Positions 23,731 through 36,232 of a stretch of DNA of 64,000 bases are shown in pieces. Each line of letters begins with the position of its first letter. Positions within the stretch are counted from its first letter, which is position 1. A program made the position numbers and the translations under genes. A model generated the notes under the pieces. It was not told the origin of the DNA, made no database searches, and worked only from the letters and a program-made list of their open reading frames with translations. The stretch is from Azolla caroliniana (Eukaryota > Plantae > Polypodiophyta), in NCBI GenBank assembly GCA_043228905.1, contig JBHGNT010000006.1:8494001-8558000 (forward strand), in the 5' to 3' direction.

Positions 23731-25513
23731 TACCCCGGTGGCAAAGATGATCACCGTGCGGACCGTAATTGCTCTTGCAACAGCAAAAGGGTGGCACCTC
23801 CACCAGATGGACGTGAAAAACGCCTTCCTCCAAGGAGAATTAGAAGAGGAAGTATATATGATTCAACCACCCGGATTTGAATCGCGTAGTCATCTGCACG
23901 CCGTATGCCACCTCAAGAAGCCACTATACGGTCTCAAACAAGCACCTTGTGCGTGGCACTCGAAGATCACACAATATCTTCATCAGATTGGATTTCGAAT
24001 GTCAAAATCCGATACTTACATCCGAAATGAGTCGGATAGCCCGATTTTCATCATCCTTTACGTGGACGATTTGGTCATCGAAGGAAAGGATCTCGCCGAG
24101 ATTAACAAAGTCAAATCATTTCTCTCCGGCAGATTCGAAATGAAAGACCTACATGAGCTCCATTACTTCCTAGGCATTGAAGTAATTCGGACACCAATCA
24201 TAATAATGATCTCTCAATGGCACTACGTTCTCAACTTGCTCTCCAAGTTCGGAATGACCGAATGCAAACCTGTGTCCACCCCTCTTGATCGTATTCTCAA
24301 GATGGATGCCGACTCCGGCACAGCCGTGTGCGAGTCAACTAAGTATCATCAACTAATCGGCAACTTTATCTATCTAACCATTACACGACCCGATCTCAGT
24401 TATTCGGTCGGCCTACTTAGCCAATTCACGCAGAATCCGCGAAACCTTCATCTCGATTGCGCTAAGAGGATACTCCGGTATGTCAGTACTATGATGGATT
24501 ACGACATTATGTATAAGTTAAATACGACCATTCGACTCGAACGATACCCAGACGCGGACTGGGCAAGCTATAAAGCGGATAGACGATCCACATCCGGATT
24601 CATCTTCTCCCTCGGCAGCGGAGCGATCTCCTTGAGCAGTAAGAAGCAGCCGACAGTCGCACTGTCAAGCACGGAAGCCGAATACAGGGGCGCGACAGTC
24701 GCCACATGCGAAGCCGTATGGCTCAAGCACATACTAAAGGATCTGGGCGTTCCCATTACGGATCCAATTCGCCTCTTCTGCGACAACATGAGCAACATCT
24801 ACCTTGCTCGGAACCCCGTATTCCATGCGCGGACTAAACACATCGATGTGCACTACCACTTCATCCGCGAGCACGTATAGGCCGGAGAAATCGATCTACA
24901 ATATATCAGTACGCACCTCTAGATTGTGGACATTTTTACGAAGGGCTTAGGAGTCGACCAACTCGGGCAATTCGCATCGGACCTTGGTCTCACGTCATCC
25001 ACATTGCCGAGCTTGAGGGGGAGTATTGCAAGCAACACGCACACAATACGCAATTGATCGAGTAAGCAACACGTAATTAATCGAACCAAGCACGAAGCCG
25101 AAAAGCCGAACAATCCAGTACGAGGATTACGAATGCTGGAAGCTGTATTCCAAAGACCGAACCGAAACAACTTTTCGACAGATGGAAGTTATGTTCGAAG
25201 GGGCGTGTTGAGAGTCGAACTCAACTTCCCATAGTAATAGGTTTCACACTAGCTCATGGACATACCAGGCTAGTTTTGTAAATAGTAGAATGGGCACTTA
25301 CCCTAACTTAGTTGGTATTTAAATTAACCCCTTGTAACTTAGTTACTATTGGAAGTATTTTGGTTAATGCAATATACAATCTTTTATCTCTGTCTTAAGC
25401 TCTCTCTCACTCTCCCTCTCTCTATTTTGCCTTACGTGAATACACACACACACACACACACACACAGTCCTTCCACTGCATCTCAGCCACTCTTGCTCCT
25501 CATTTTCTTAACA
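23731..25513 (+). mobile_element. Ty1/copia element B, 3' half (RT, RNase H, PPT, 3' LTR 25206-25513)
   Basis: ORF 23738-24880 (YVDD, DADWA, TEAEY, CDN). Purine tract GAAGGGGCG before TGTTG at 25206; LTR ends TAACA. Confidence 0.88.
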
Positions 25514-27101
25514 TTTTATGATTACCCAACCTACATAGCAAAATGTAGTCCCTAACCCCTGTAACATATGTGGTCGCCCAACTTGGCATCCAAGTTTGGT
25601 CACCCAACCAAGTTTAACTGTGGTCGCCCAACTTGCCATCCAAGTTTGGTCACCCAACCGAGTTAATTGTATTTGTCCAACCTATTAATCAGGTCACCCA
25701 ACCACATGTATCTGGTTGCCCAACCATCGACTATAAAACCCTGAAACATGTCATTCTCTCTCATTTTTTTCAAATGAGATTGATAGGGATTTCTGCTGGA
25801 AAAGTGATTCAAGCGGCTAGTCATCAACAAAATCAATTAATCACATCTGCCATAACCACCCATATATTTCCCAGTTATGTATTTATGTTTGTCTCTACTT
25901 TTTCTACAATGTTTTTTTGATGTGCAAGGATTTTTCGTGTCAAGGGATTAGGGTTTGGGAGAAGGTTTAGGGTTTAACTTGATATTATGATTTTAGAAAC
26001 TGTTTAGGGTTTGGCTTGATACAATGATTAGGTTATTTTTCAGAAATTGTTTAGTTTATTGATAATTGATTAGACATTATTGATTATTTATTATTAAGGG
26101 TTTAGGGTTTAATGCTTTGCTTGATTAAAGATAATATTGGGTGTCCTTGAGTATTAAATTCAGAAAATATTTGATTTCTTATTTATGATCTTGCGTCATT
26201 TCTATAATATATTTTCTTTTCCTTGAATTAGGATTTAATTTTTTTGGTGTAAAACTTGTCATTTTCATGTTGAGGGTTTAGGGTTTGGGATTATGTTTAG
26301 GATTTTGCTTGATTGGTGATTTCAAAAAATGTTTAGGGTTTTGCTTATGCTTGATTGTGTAGATGGTTGTCAGGTTCAAGTACGAAGAGTGGTGAGATTT
26401 TGATAACGGTGGCATATATCCAACAGAACAGAGGTATGTCACGAACCAATTTTGATTGCTAGTGGTAATGATGTGTGATGCATGTATGTTAACCGATGAT
26501 TTGTTAAAGGGTTTTCGTTAGAAGACATTAGAGAAGTTGTGCAGCAGACATGTATAAGGGTGGGGAGAGCATGGATCAGGCACTGGTCACGGTACATCGT
26601 CCTCAGATCGACCCCATATAGGGCATGGCATTAGTCGACGAAGATGCTCCTCCAAATGGTATGCAGATTTGGTCTCATTGTATTATCTCAATCTTTACGT
26701 AACAAATGGTCTAGCATATCTAACATAAACAACAAATGGTGAGATCCCAAACTCGTTGTATAAGGTTGGAAGAGATGGAAATGGGAACAAGGCCCGTGTG
26801 CCATGTATTCTGACAGAGTATTGCCGCCTCTCGCCAAGGTGGTATGGCAAAAAATGCGACCTGGAAACACATTTACACAAGGCACGTGGAATTGACATAG
26901 TGTTGTCATGAGGGATCCGAATAGAGGAGGGTACTCCGGGGGCATGCTTGAATAGTTATGAGTGCAAATCGTGGATCCAAACACAAGATAAACATTTTTC
27001 CAAGCTGATAATTATTTTCTGTATTACAATTTGTATCCTACTATCCATGATTAAGTGTGGCTCGATTCATGATCCATGCATGTTTCTATGTATACAAGTA
27101 G

Positions 27102-27541
27102 GTACCAGTTGACCACCCATGGCTCGATATTGTCGTTGACGTTATAGAGTCAGAACTTGAGACGATGTGCAAGGATGGAGAAATAACATCCACATGGACG
27201 ATGATATTATTCACCATGTGGATAGAATACTCGCTACCACATGAGGTGTTAGAACGGTTCACCATAGTCAACCCACTATGGGTGCAACTACACAAGCAAA
27301 CGATGAAGGGGCAATACATCCTCGGGAAGGTGGCCAAGTGTGATTTCATCTTCATTCTGATCGTGGTAGAGAGCCATTGGATTTAGAGGGACAAAGATGC
27401 AGCACAAAGTTTCTAAGTTGACCAATGCAGTAGTCTTCTGCGATCCACTAAACAACAAGGTGACTGGCATCGTGCAGAGTCTTGTAGATATCGCGATTCA
27501 GACCATTTCTAGTGATCTGTCAGACCACACCATTGTGTTGG
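27102..27541 (+). pseudogene. Ulp1-like (C48 SUMO protease) pseudogene, 5' part
   Basis: DFIFILIVVESHW (catalytic His), then VVFCDPL (catalytic Asp); cut by the LTR at 27542. Confidence 0.7.
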
Positions 27542-28029
27542 TGTTAAGAGTCTATTACTAATCAATAGACCAAAATAAAGTAAAAAGAAGGAAAATAGAT
27601 TGGATAGAAGAACTCGTTCCACATGACCACCCTCGAGCTATGATCTAGACATAGCCAACCTACCACCGATGTCCCATACCGTCGGATATTAGGATGACTA
27701 ATATCTTGGAAGAGATAAACACGATTGTTGAGAAGAAAGCCTAGCCCGCACCACCGGTGTCTAAGACAACAGCCTTCCGACGTAATGTGCTTATTAGGGT
27801 AGCTAAGCCTCATATTTATACCTTTTCCTAGGCCCCTTGAATAGATGTGCCTTTCTAAAAGGCTCTCCATTCATTGGTTGTCCAAATCATGATAATGCAT
27901 GCACCTATCATTCCTTCTATCGAATCACATTAGTCCCCTTTTTAACATTAGTGAACATACCCTTCACTTATGTACATATTAGTGACCTACCCTCACCTAC
28001 ATTATGTGTACATAACATACTCCCCTACT

Positions 28030-29325
28030 TCAAAATATTGCACTCTTGCAATATAAAATGAGGAAATTGTGCCTTAAGATTATGCTCGTGTTCCCATGTG
28101 GCGTCATCAATAAGTTTATCCATCCATTTGATCTTAAATAGCCGAATCTCTTTAGAACGTAAATGTTCAGTATGAGAATCAAGAATTCGTTCAGGAACAT
28201 GAGGTTTGTAAGAAAAATCCTCTAATGTTACAAGATCTTGGATTGTGATGGTGTTATCACCAGAGCCTAAAAATGGACTATATCCAGTGGATATATGTTT
28301 AGAGCTATTATAGGAAAATTCTAAGGTAGAAAGGTATTGCTCCCATTTAGAGGGGTTTTTGCTACATAAGCTTGTAGCATCTCCTCAATAATTTGATTAA
28401 CTCGTTCTATTTTTCCATCAGACTGAGGATGATCTGCGGAACTCATGCTCAACGTAGTTTCTAGTTTCTTAAAGACCCAAGTCCAAAAGTCATTAGTAAA
28501 CTTGGAATCTCTATCACTAACAATATCCATCGGTAATCCATAAAAATGAAATAACTCATCAACAAATTGATAAGCCAATTGTTGAGCGGTTATTGTGGTT
28601 TTTGGTAGGAATAAATCTAGCCAATTTTTGTTAGTTGGTCAACGACAACCCAAATGGCATCGTGACCCCTTTGTGTACAAGGTAAACTAGCAATAAAATC
28701 TATCGAGATACTTTCCCATTTGTTATTGGGAATATCTGAGGGATGTAAAAGACCAACAGCTTTAAGTCATTCCGACTTATTAATTTGACATTGTAAGCAT
28801 TGAGTCACGTATTTATGCAGGTCAAAGCGCATCTTAGGCCATAAAAAAGTACTCAATATGAGAACGATTGTGCGTTGTATTCCAAGATGACTAGTAGATG
28901 GTGCATCATGACATTCATAAAGAATTTTCTGTTTTACATTTGGTAAATCTGGAACACAAACCTTTCCACTATGATAGAGCAAATTGTTTGTAATGTGAAA
29001 GGTCGCCTTCGAGGGTAGGGTGCTAGTAACAAAATCTAAACCAGATTCGGCTTTCATCCAATATTTCGAGAAATAACTGTCATCAAGGTATTTCCCTCGA
29101 AGGTGATCTAAAAGATTAAGAGCATCGGCAACGGTGTTCATAGAATCCTTGCGATACCGTATGGAAAAATCAAAATCTTGCATAAGGTCAGCCCAACAGC
29201 CTTTATGACCAACAAGATCTGATTGGTCACAAAAATACATCAAGGATTGATGGTACGTTGTAACCACAAATTGATTTCCATAGAGATAATGCCTCCATGT
29301 TTTTAGTGCGTGTATTACCACGAAT
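28030..29325 (-). pseudogene. Chromovirus pol remnant: RNase H end, integrase, chromodomain
   Basis: HALKTWRHYL; ECHD...HLG...C..CQ; IVSDRDSKF...HPQSDG; PERILDS...IKW...DDATWEHE chromodomain near 28070-28200. Confidence 0.88.
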
Positions 29326-32300
29326 TGTTGTCCATAGGCCAGAAATATAAATACATAATATGTAAACTCACTGGTAGGTAGAAAAGTAGGTGAGGAAATA
29401 GGTAGAACTAGAATAAGTCGAGTTTTTAGCCCTCACAATCAGCCGATGGCTCGGCTCTGTCTAAAGAAGAGAACTATATAAACTGAGATTTGCATACCTT
29501 GAAGGAGGGAGATTTGGATTATTTAGCAAGATTAATATCGTAGCACTGAGCTCTGCACAAACTGTTTCCAACCGAGATCCGTGTACTATAATCACTGTGA
29601 GCTTTATCATTTAATATAAGTCTCGCTCTTACTGTTCCTTCATCTGTGTATTCTCCCCATACTCGTAAACCAAGCTATGTCTATCTCTAACGGGTTGTAG
29701 CCCGTGTACGCTCCTCGTTCCCATAACGTCTTCTCGGTGCAGAAGAGGCTTCCACGTAACACGACCCCTTGATACCGATAGCCTGTGGGCTCATCGAAGG
29801 TGTTTCCGCCAGAAACAATTAACACAATTTGTCACGCCTGGTTACATCTGTAAGGTCACAACGAACTACGTAGGAGGAAAACCTCAGCCGCCATTACGGC
29901 GCCCAATCGCATCACACGGTCTCGGCCACCTGCCCAACGCCTTGAGCCAGTCGAAGGAACTTCCGACTCAGCGGTCACTAACCAATCTTTCCAGGAACTA
30001 TCAGAGGCTCACCAGTTGCAATCCTCACCACCTGATACCCAGTCGCAAGTTGATTCCGCACCGACCTCCCCGCCAAGCCCTCTAGAGGTCACCCAACCTA
30101 ACCCTAACCCTTTTCCGGCTTTACCTGAAGACCCGGATATCGATACCATGCCTTACCCTTACCCACGATATACAGACGTCTCCGACGCGGAATCACACAC
30201 CCGTGCTTTCGTGTCCACATGGCAGGCCAACCACTTGACGCAACGGTTATCGGCTGTCGAAATTGAGTTCTCCAAAATCGCGGAATTTGGTCTATCCCTC
30301 GATGGGCGGGCTGCTCGATGGTATTCCCGCCTCGACGTGGGGAAGGTCACAACGTTCCAGGACATCCGCACAAAGTTTCTAGAATTATTTCACCGCAAAG
30401 TTCTGAAGCGCGAATTGCTCCGATAGTTCTTTTCCATGAGCCAAGAACCTCACAAGACGGTCGCCCAGTTCACGATCCGGTTTCAAGATCTCTACCGACA
30501 ATTGGCCGACGATGTCTCCACTCATCACATTCCGGATACCTTCCTTTCTAGCCTTCGGGAGTCTCTATGGACGACTCTCGCACTTACCAATTTATCTAAC
30601 CAGACAATCGAGCAAGTCATCGCACACGTCCTTGCCATCGATCGGACACAACATAACACGACTTTCTCCCTTCCTCAAGAGGACAACCGGTTCCGACAAG
30701 CCCTCCAATTCATAGCCTGCTCGAGCTCAGGCCATCTGACTCTCGAGTGCCTTCACCGGCCACATTGTCCAATCTGTTAGTCCCGATCCCACACGATCGA
30801 ACAATGTGAATACAACATGGTCAACCGCACAACGATGGCTCCGGTTCGCCAGATCGAGCCTCGAAATACATACTCACGGCAAGACGAACGTCAGTCATAC
30901 CAACATTGGGAGAACGAGCGACCACAATCCCCGCATTGTCAGCGTCACGACGATGACTACCGCCGCGATGACGACCACTACCGCCACGACAACTACAAGA
31001 GATCGAACGACCGCCGGGACCAATACCGCGATGACCAATATAGAGCAAACGATGAGTATGACCGGTACGACGACGACCGGGATGACCGGTACAATCAACA
31101 GTATTCACGAAACGATAGAAGAAACTCTTACAGAGGTTTGCGGAACAATCGACGGCAGAACGACAATCGTCATCGGGACCCCCCTCCAAACGTACCGCAC
31201 AACTCTCTTCCCCATAACGCACCACGGGCCAACACACGTACACAAGCAGCCGGGAACTGCTCACAACCTTTCCCACACACTGAGCACGATGACACTAGCA
31301 ACTTGGCATCCGTTACCTGCTTTAAGTGTAACCAACCCGGCCACTACGCTACCCAATGCCCAACCACGGACCGTGGCAAGGCCCCGACCGTGAATATTAT
31401 TATGGCCAACATTCAACACGTTACTACATGCAACAAAACCCAAGCCATCCAATGGCAAGTACAAGATGACGTCCGACAAGCAGCCAAGGAATGGATTGAC
31501 ACCGCCAATAAAAGCAACGTGGAGTAGATGCACACAGAGATGCAGGACGTGACCATCGGCGCACCACAGCCTGCAAAACCATCCACCGCGGCAGAAGATG
31601 ACCATCTGTGGGAAGCCCTTACCAGTTCTAGGATCTCGCTACCATTGCATAAACTTTTACTGCTCATTCTGCGCTTTCGGGATACCTTGGCTACGCTCAC
31701 GACTAACGACAAATCAGTCGCAACCCTTGTTAACCTGGCAAAGCTAGGGACGGGCCCACCCATCATGGATTCCCAGAATCCAGCCGTGAAAATTATGCTT
31801 AAAGGACGCGATCTTCATGGTTGCATAATCGACGGTGGCTCCGACGTGAACGTCATTAGCGAGGCCACATGTCACACACTCGGTCTGAACCAATGGGAAC
31901 CTTGCCCCTTTTGGCTTCGGATGGCCGATACGCGATCGGTTTGCCCCATAGGGTTAATTTGCCACCTTGACTTCACGTTAGGAGGCCACATGTTCACTAT
32001 CTCGGCAGTCGTGTTACGCCTCGAAGCTCCGGGCGCCTATACAATGCTGCTTGGCCGACCCTAGTTGCACACAACAAATATTAAGCAACATTGGCAGTGA
32101 AATATGATCTCTTTCCGCCGGGGGAAGACCAAGGTACGAGTAATAACAAAAGAACGCCTAACCACGCCCCACAACACCACACCCCTATATGCGGAAGGGG
32201 TACACATGCTCGACGGGTTAGCCGACGAAGAGGTGGATGACTTCCTGGAAGATCATCCCACTATCATACCCCTCTTCGAATTAAACGCTATCTCGGCATT

Positions 32301-35300
32301 CGGCACACCACTAGACGAGGATGTCACGGCAGATTCACTTCCCCAGGACGAGGCCGATTCCACAACTATTGCGGAATTACGACAAGCTCGAGATGCGTTT
32401 GAACAATAACTCGCCATCTCCCAACGAGTCAAAGCATCAACGCTCGAGTCACTGAACCTCAGCTCCGACGAGAACCCGCGTACACTACAAATCGCTAACA
32501 ACTTACCAACTGACGAACGGTCAGCCCTGATACGCCTGTTCACGGAGTATTAGGATGTATTCGCATGGTCTTACACTGATATGAAGGGATTGGATCCCCA
32601 ATATTACGAACACCAAGTACACCTCCTGCCTGACACTCGGCTGGTCCAACAACGACGGTACCATATGAACCCCAACTATGCGGCTAAGGTCAAAGAGGAA
32701 ATTGACAAACTCCTTCGAGTAGGTTTTATACGCCCAGTAAAAAGAGCCACATGGTTAAGCCCAATCGTTGTCATCCCCAAGGAAAACATGAAAATCCGCG
32801 TTTGCGTTTATTACCGCAAACTCAATGCCGCGACAATCACGGATGGGTTTCCTCTCCCGTTCACGGATAGTATCCTCGACATGGTGGCTGGTCGTGAATG
32901 CTATAGTTTCCTCGATGGGTTTAGTGGCTATAATCAAATCAGAATGCACCCGAACAATCAGGAGAAAACGACGTTTGTCACGGAATGGGGTGTCTTCGTG
33001 GCCGAGGTAATGATGTTCGGATTAAAAACGACATCGACCACATTCCAACGCATCATCACAAAGATTTTCAACGAGTATATCCCGGCATTCATGCAAGTTT
33101 TCCTCAATGACTTTGCCATGTATGGCCAGCGGCTGGAGCATATGACCCAGCTACGCCTCTGTCTCGATCGATGTCGACAAGCTCGGTTGAGCTTAAATCC
33201 GGCAAAATGCACGTTCTTAGTGACAAGCAGCAACCTGCTCGGGCACATAGTCAGCCAAGAAGGTATCGCCATGGACCCGGATAAAGTGCATGCCATTCTG
33301 AACACTCCCACGCCCTCTACTGCGAAGGCTCTCAGCCGATTCCTGGGCCAGATAAGATGGCATAGCCGAATGTTACGACACCTGGGCGATTTCATGACTC
33401 CATTGCACACGGTTGTGCATAGACTCCCATTTCAATGGTCTTCAATAGAAGACGAGGCTTACCAAGCCTTGAAGTTAATGCTCTCCCACGCCCCTATTGT
33501 ACAGCCACCGGTCTGGTCGGAACCTTTTCACGTCTTCGTAGACGCATCAGATATAGCCATCCGCAGCGCGCTCATGCAGCGCACACCACCAAATTGGTAC
33601 CAGCCAGTGTATTACGCTAGCCGACGACTCTCGACCGCGGAGAAGAACTACTCAACAACCGAACGTGAGGCCCTCGGTATGGTCTACAACATCAACAAAT
33701 TCTGGCATTACCTCTTGGGCCGGAAATTCACATTCCACGTCGATCACTCTACTCTCCTCGACTTGGTTAATAAGCAGGCCCTCACAGGTTGCCTGGCCCG
33801 ATGGATGCTCCTGCTATAAGAGTTTGATTTTCAGATCCAGCACCGGCCCGGAGTCCAACACGTCGTAGCGGACTACTTGAGCCGCCTCGAGTTAGGAGAA
33901 CTAGCCGAGTCCACGTACGATGATCTACCCGACGCCGCATTTTTTAATCTCGCAACTGTGTTAAACGAAAATGAAGATGAATGGATCATGGAGATGACCC
34001 ATTTTCTCAACACCAGCCTTCCTCCCGACCACCTGACCCTCGACGCTCGGAAACGACTTGTTGTTAGGAGCCGAAACTTTTGTCTGGTCTCTGACACCCT
34101 CTACCACAAAGGCTCGGACAGCATCTGGCGTCGTGCAATCCGTCAATTCGAGAAAAACGCAATCCTCCAGGAGGCACATCACGAAATCGCGGGGGAACAT
34201 TACGCCGGCAAGGCCATGGCAAGAAAAATATGGCAGAGTGGCGTATGATGGCCTACAACAAAAAAAGATGCTCATGAATTTTGTCGACAGTGCGATTTGT
34301 GTCAACGCATGGGACAACCGATCGAGCAAGCCTGGATGCCGCACCAACCCATTCTCCTGTTAGAGCCATTTCAAAAGTGGGGGTTAGATTTTGTGGGACC
34401 TTTCAAACCAGCTGCGGCTCGCACAGGTAACAAATACATAATCATGGCCACGGACTATTGCACAAAATGGGTCGAGGCTAAGGCACTACGGGACAACACG
34501 ACTGCATCCACGGCAAAATTCGTATACCAACATCTATGGTGCCATTATGGATGCCCAATCGAGCTCATTAATGACCAAGGCGGGCACTTTATAAACCACA
34601 TAATTCAAGAGCTCACTACACACTACACGATCGTACATAAGAAAAGTACACCGTACTATCCTCAAGCAAACGGATTAGCGGAATCTACTAATAAAATTTT
34701 GCAAACAATCTTGAAAAAGATCATCAATGAGAACCGCACCAATTGAGATGACAAGCTCCAGAGTGTATTATGGGCGTATCGCACCACATTTAAAACTAGC
34801 ATTCAATCTCCGCCCTTTCGGATGGCTTTTGGTTTGGAAGCAGTCATGCCGATAGAGTTCCAAGTTCCGAGTCTCCGAGTTCAGGTTAAGGAAAGGCTAC
34901 CCGAGGCCCAATCAGAGCAATATCGGCTTGAACAACTCCTCGAACTCGGCGAACAACGAGTGGCCAACATGGCTCAACTGGAACAACGCCAACGACAACA
35001 CAAAACCTTCGTCGATCATCACCAGAAAGTTATGAAGAAAACACTTACCATCGGCAAACCGATACTGGTCTTCCAAACACGACTCGGTGCTATGCCGGGG
35101 AAATTATGATTCCAATGGACAGGCCTCTTCTGGATAATTGACAAGTTTAATGGCACACTTGCCGGAGACATCGTCAAAAGCTGAGTCAATGGATTCCAAC
35201 TACGACCTTACCACGGAAATACCCCAGAAAATCCCTTCGCCGAGTCTCACGGCACGAACCAGTCCACGGATGACGCCACGAAGGAGGCCATGTGCCCCCA

Positions 35301-36187
35301 TCGGTAAAATAATGACCTACCCACCAAAATTATATAGTAGGAATAGTTTTAGCATTTAAATTAGCCTTACCTAAACTACCTAACAAATCACCCCAAATCA
35401 CGACATTTTCTTAGGCGCACCAACTAGTCACCTTCACCTTAAAGTAGAATATTTAAAGAACATGCACACCAGGCATAGCACTCCTGTGACGCGTGGCCAT
35501 AATACCTTATTATGGCAGCCACAACCAAGAATCTAAAGGATCTTCTCCCTGCACAAAACCCTAGGCGGTCACATAAAAGAAACTACCCCACACACAACGC
35601 GCCCACTCACATAGAAGTGTTCTTGCCTTCACCGCCTTCAAGCTCCCCAACTCTCTCTCGTTCTCATCGCTCCTACAAACAGGCCTTCTCTTGCCCTTGT
35701 AGCCCCTGCACAAAACAACGGTGTCCTCCCCAACCATCTTCTTCCATCTCTCTGTCTCGCTCTCGTCTCATTGCTTCCCCCCACGCTCCCTGTCAGCAAA
35801 CCTTCGAGTCCACCATGCCTCTCGCAGCATCGTAGGAAACCCATTCTTGGCTACAACAATGAGGATTGGGCGGCTACTTACGGGTCATCGACGCCCCAGC
35901 GCACCCTGACACCCAAGCAATAGCACGCAGAATCCACCCTGACACAGTAACCAACAACATGATTCGTGCTACTCTGGACCTTGCACAAGGCGGAGAACAT
36001 GACGTCGAGATTCCTCCTCACGCGACCCTCAAGGAATACTTTGGGATGTATTCGATGTCGGGAAAAGCTTACCGCAATTACGGAGGACCAAACAAGGCTT
36101 TTGGGGAGATCGCCCGAATTTTAATGGAATACGCCTTTGTGCAAACAAATCCCACGAGTATGCCACAGAATAAAGTTGCCATCATCG
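29326..36187 (+). mobile_element. Nested plus-strand non-chromovirus gypsy element, 3'-truncated (putative 5' LTR ~29326-29824)
   Basis: Abrupt junction inside the chromovirus RNase H at TGTTG. Gag, PR, RT, RH and INT fragments follow; no second LTR found. Confidence 0.82.
30016..35220 (+). pseudogene. Gypsy gag-pol pseudogene
   Basis: CFKCNQPGHYATQC knuckle; IIDGGSDVN protease; YSFLDGFSGYNQI RT; FVDAS...NYSTTERE RNase H; KWGLDFVGP/DQG/YYPQANGLAE integrase; several stops. Confidence 0.92.
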
Positions 36188-36232
36188 ATTTTGTCGCCTT
36201 CCTTTTTCTTTCCCTTCTTATTCCCTTCCTTT

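Noticed and set aside
9727-25513. One copia element spanning 9727-25513
   Set aside because: The LTRs differ in length and sequence, there is no TSD, and the RT segment is present twice with synonymous-biased divergence.
25945-26345. Interstitial telomere array
   Set aside because: These are only scattered TTTAGGG/TAGGGTTT units, common telo-box-like sequence in plant promoters and TEs, not a tandem array.
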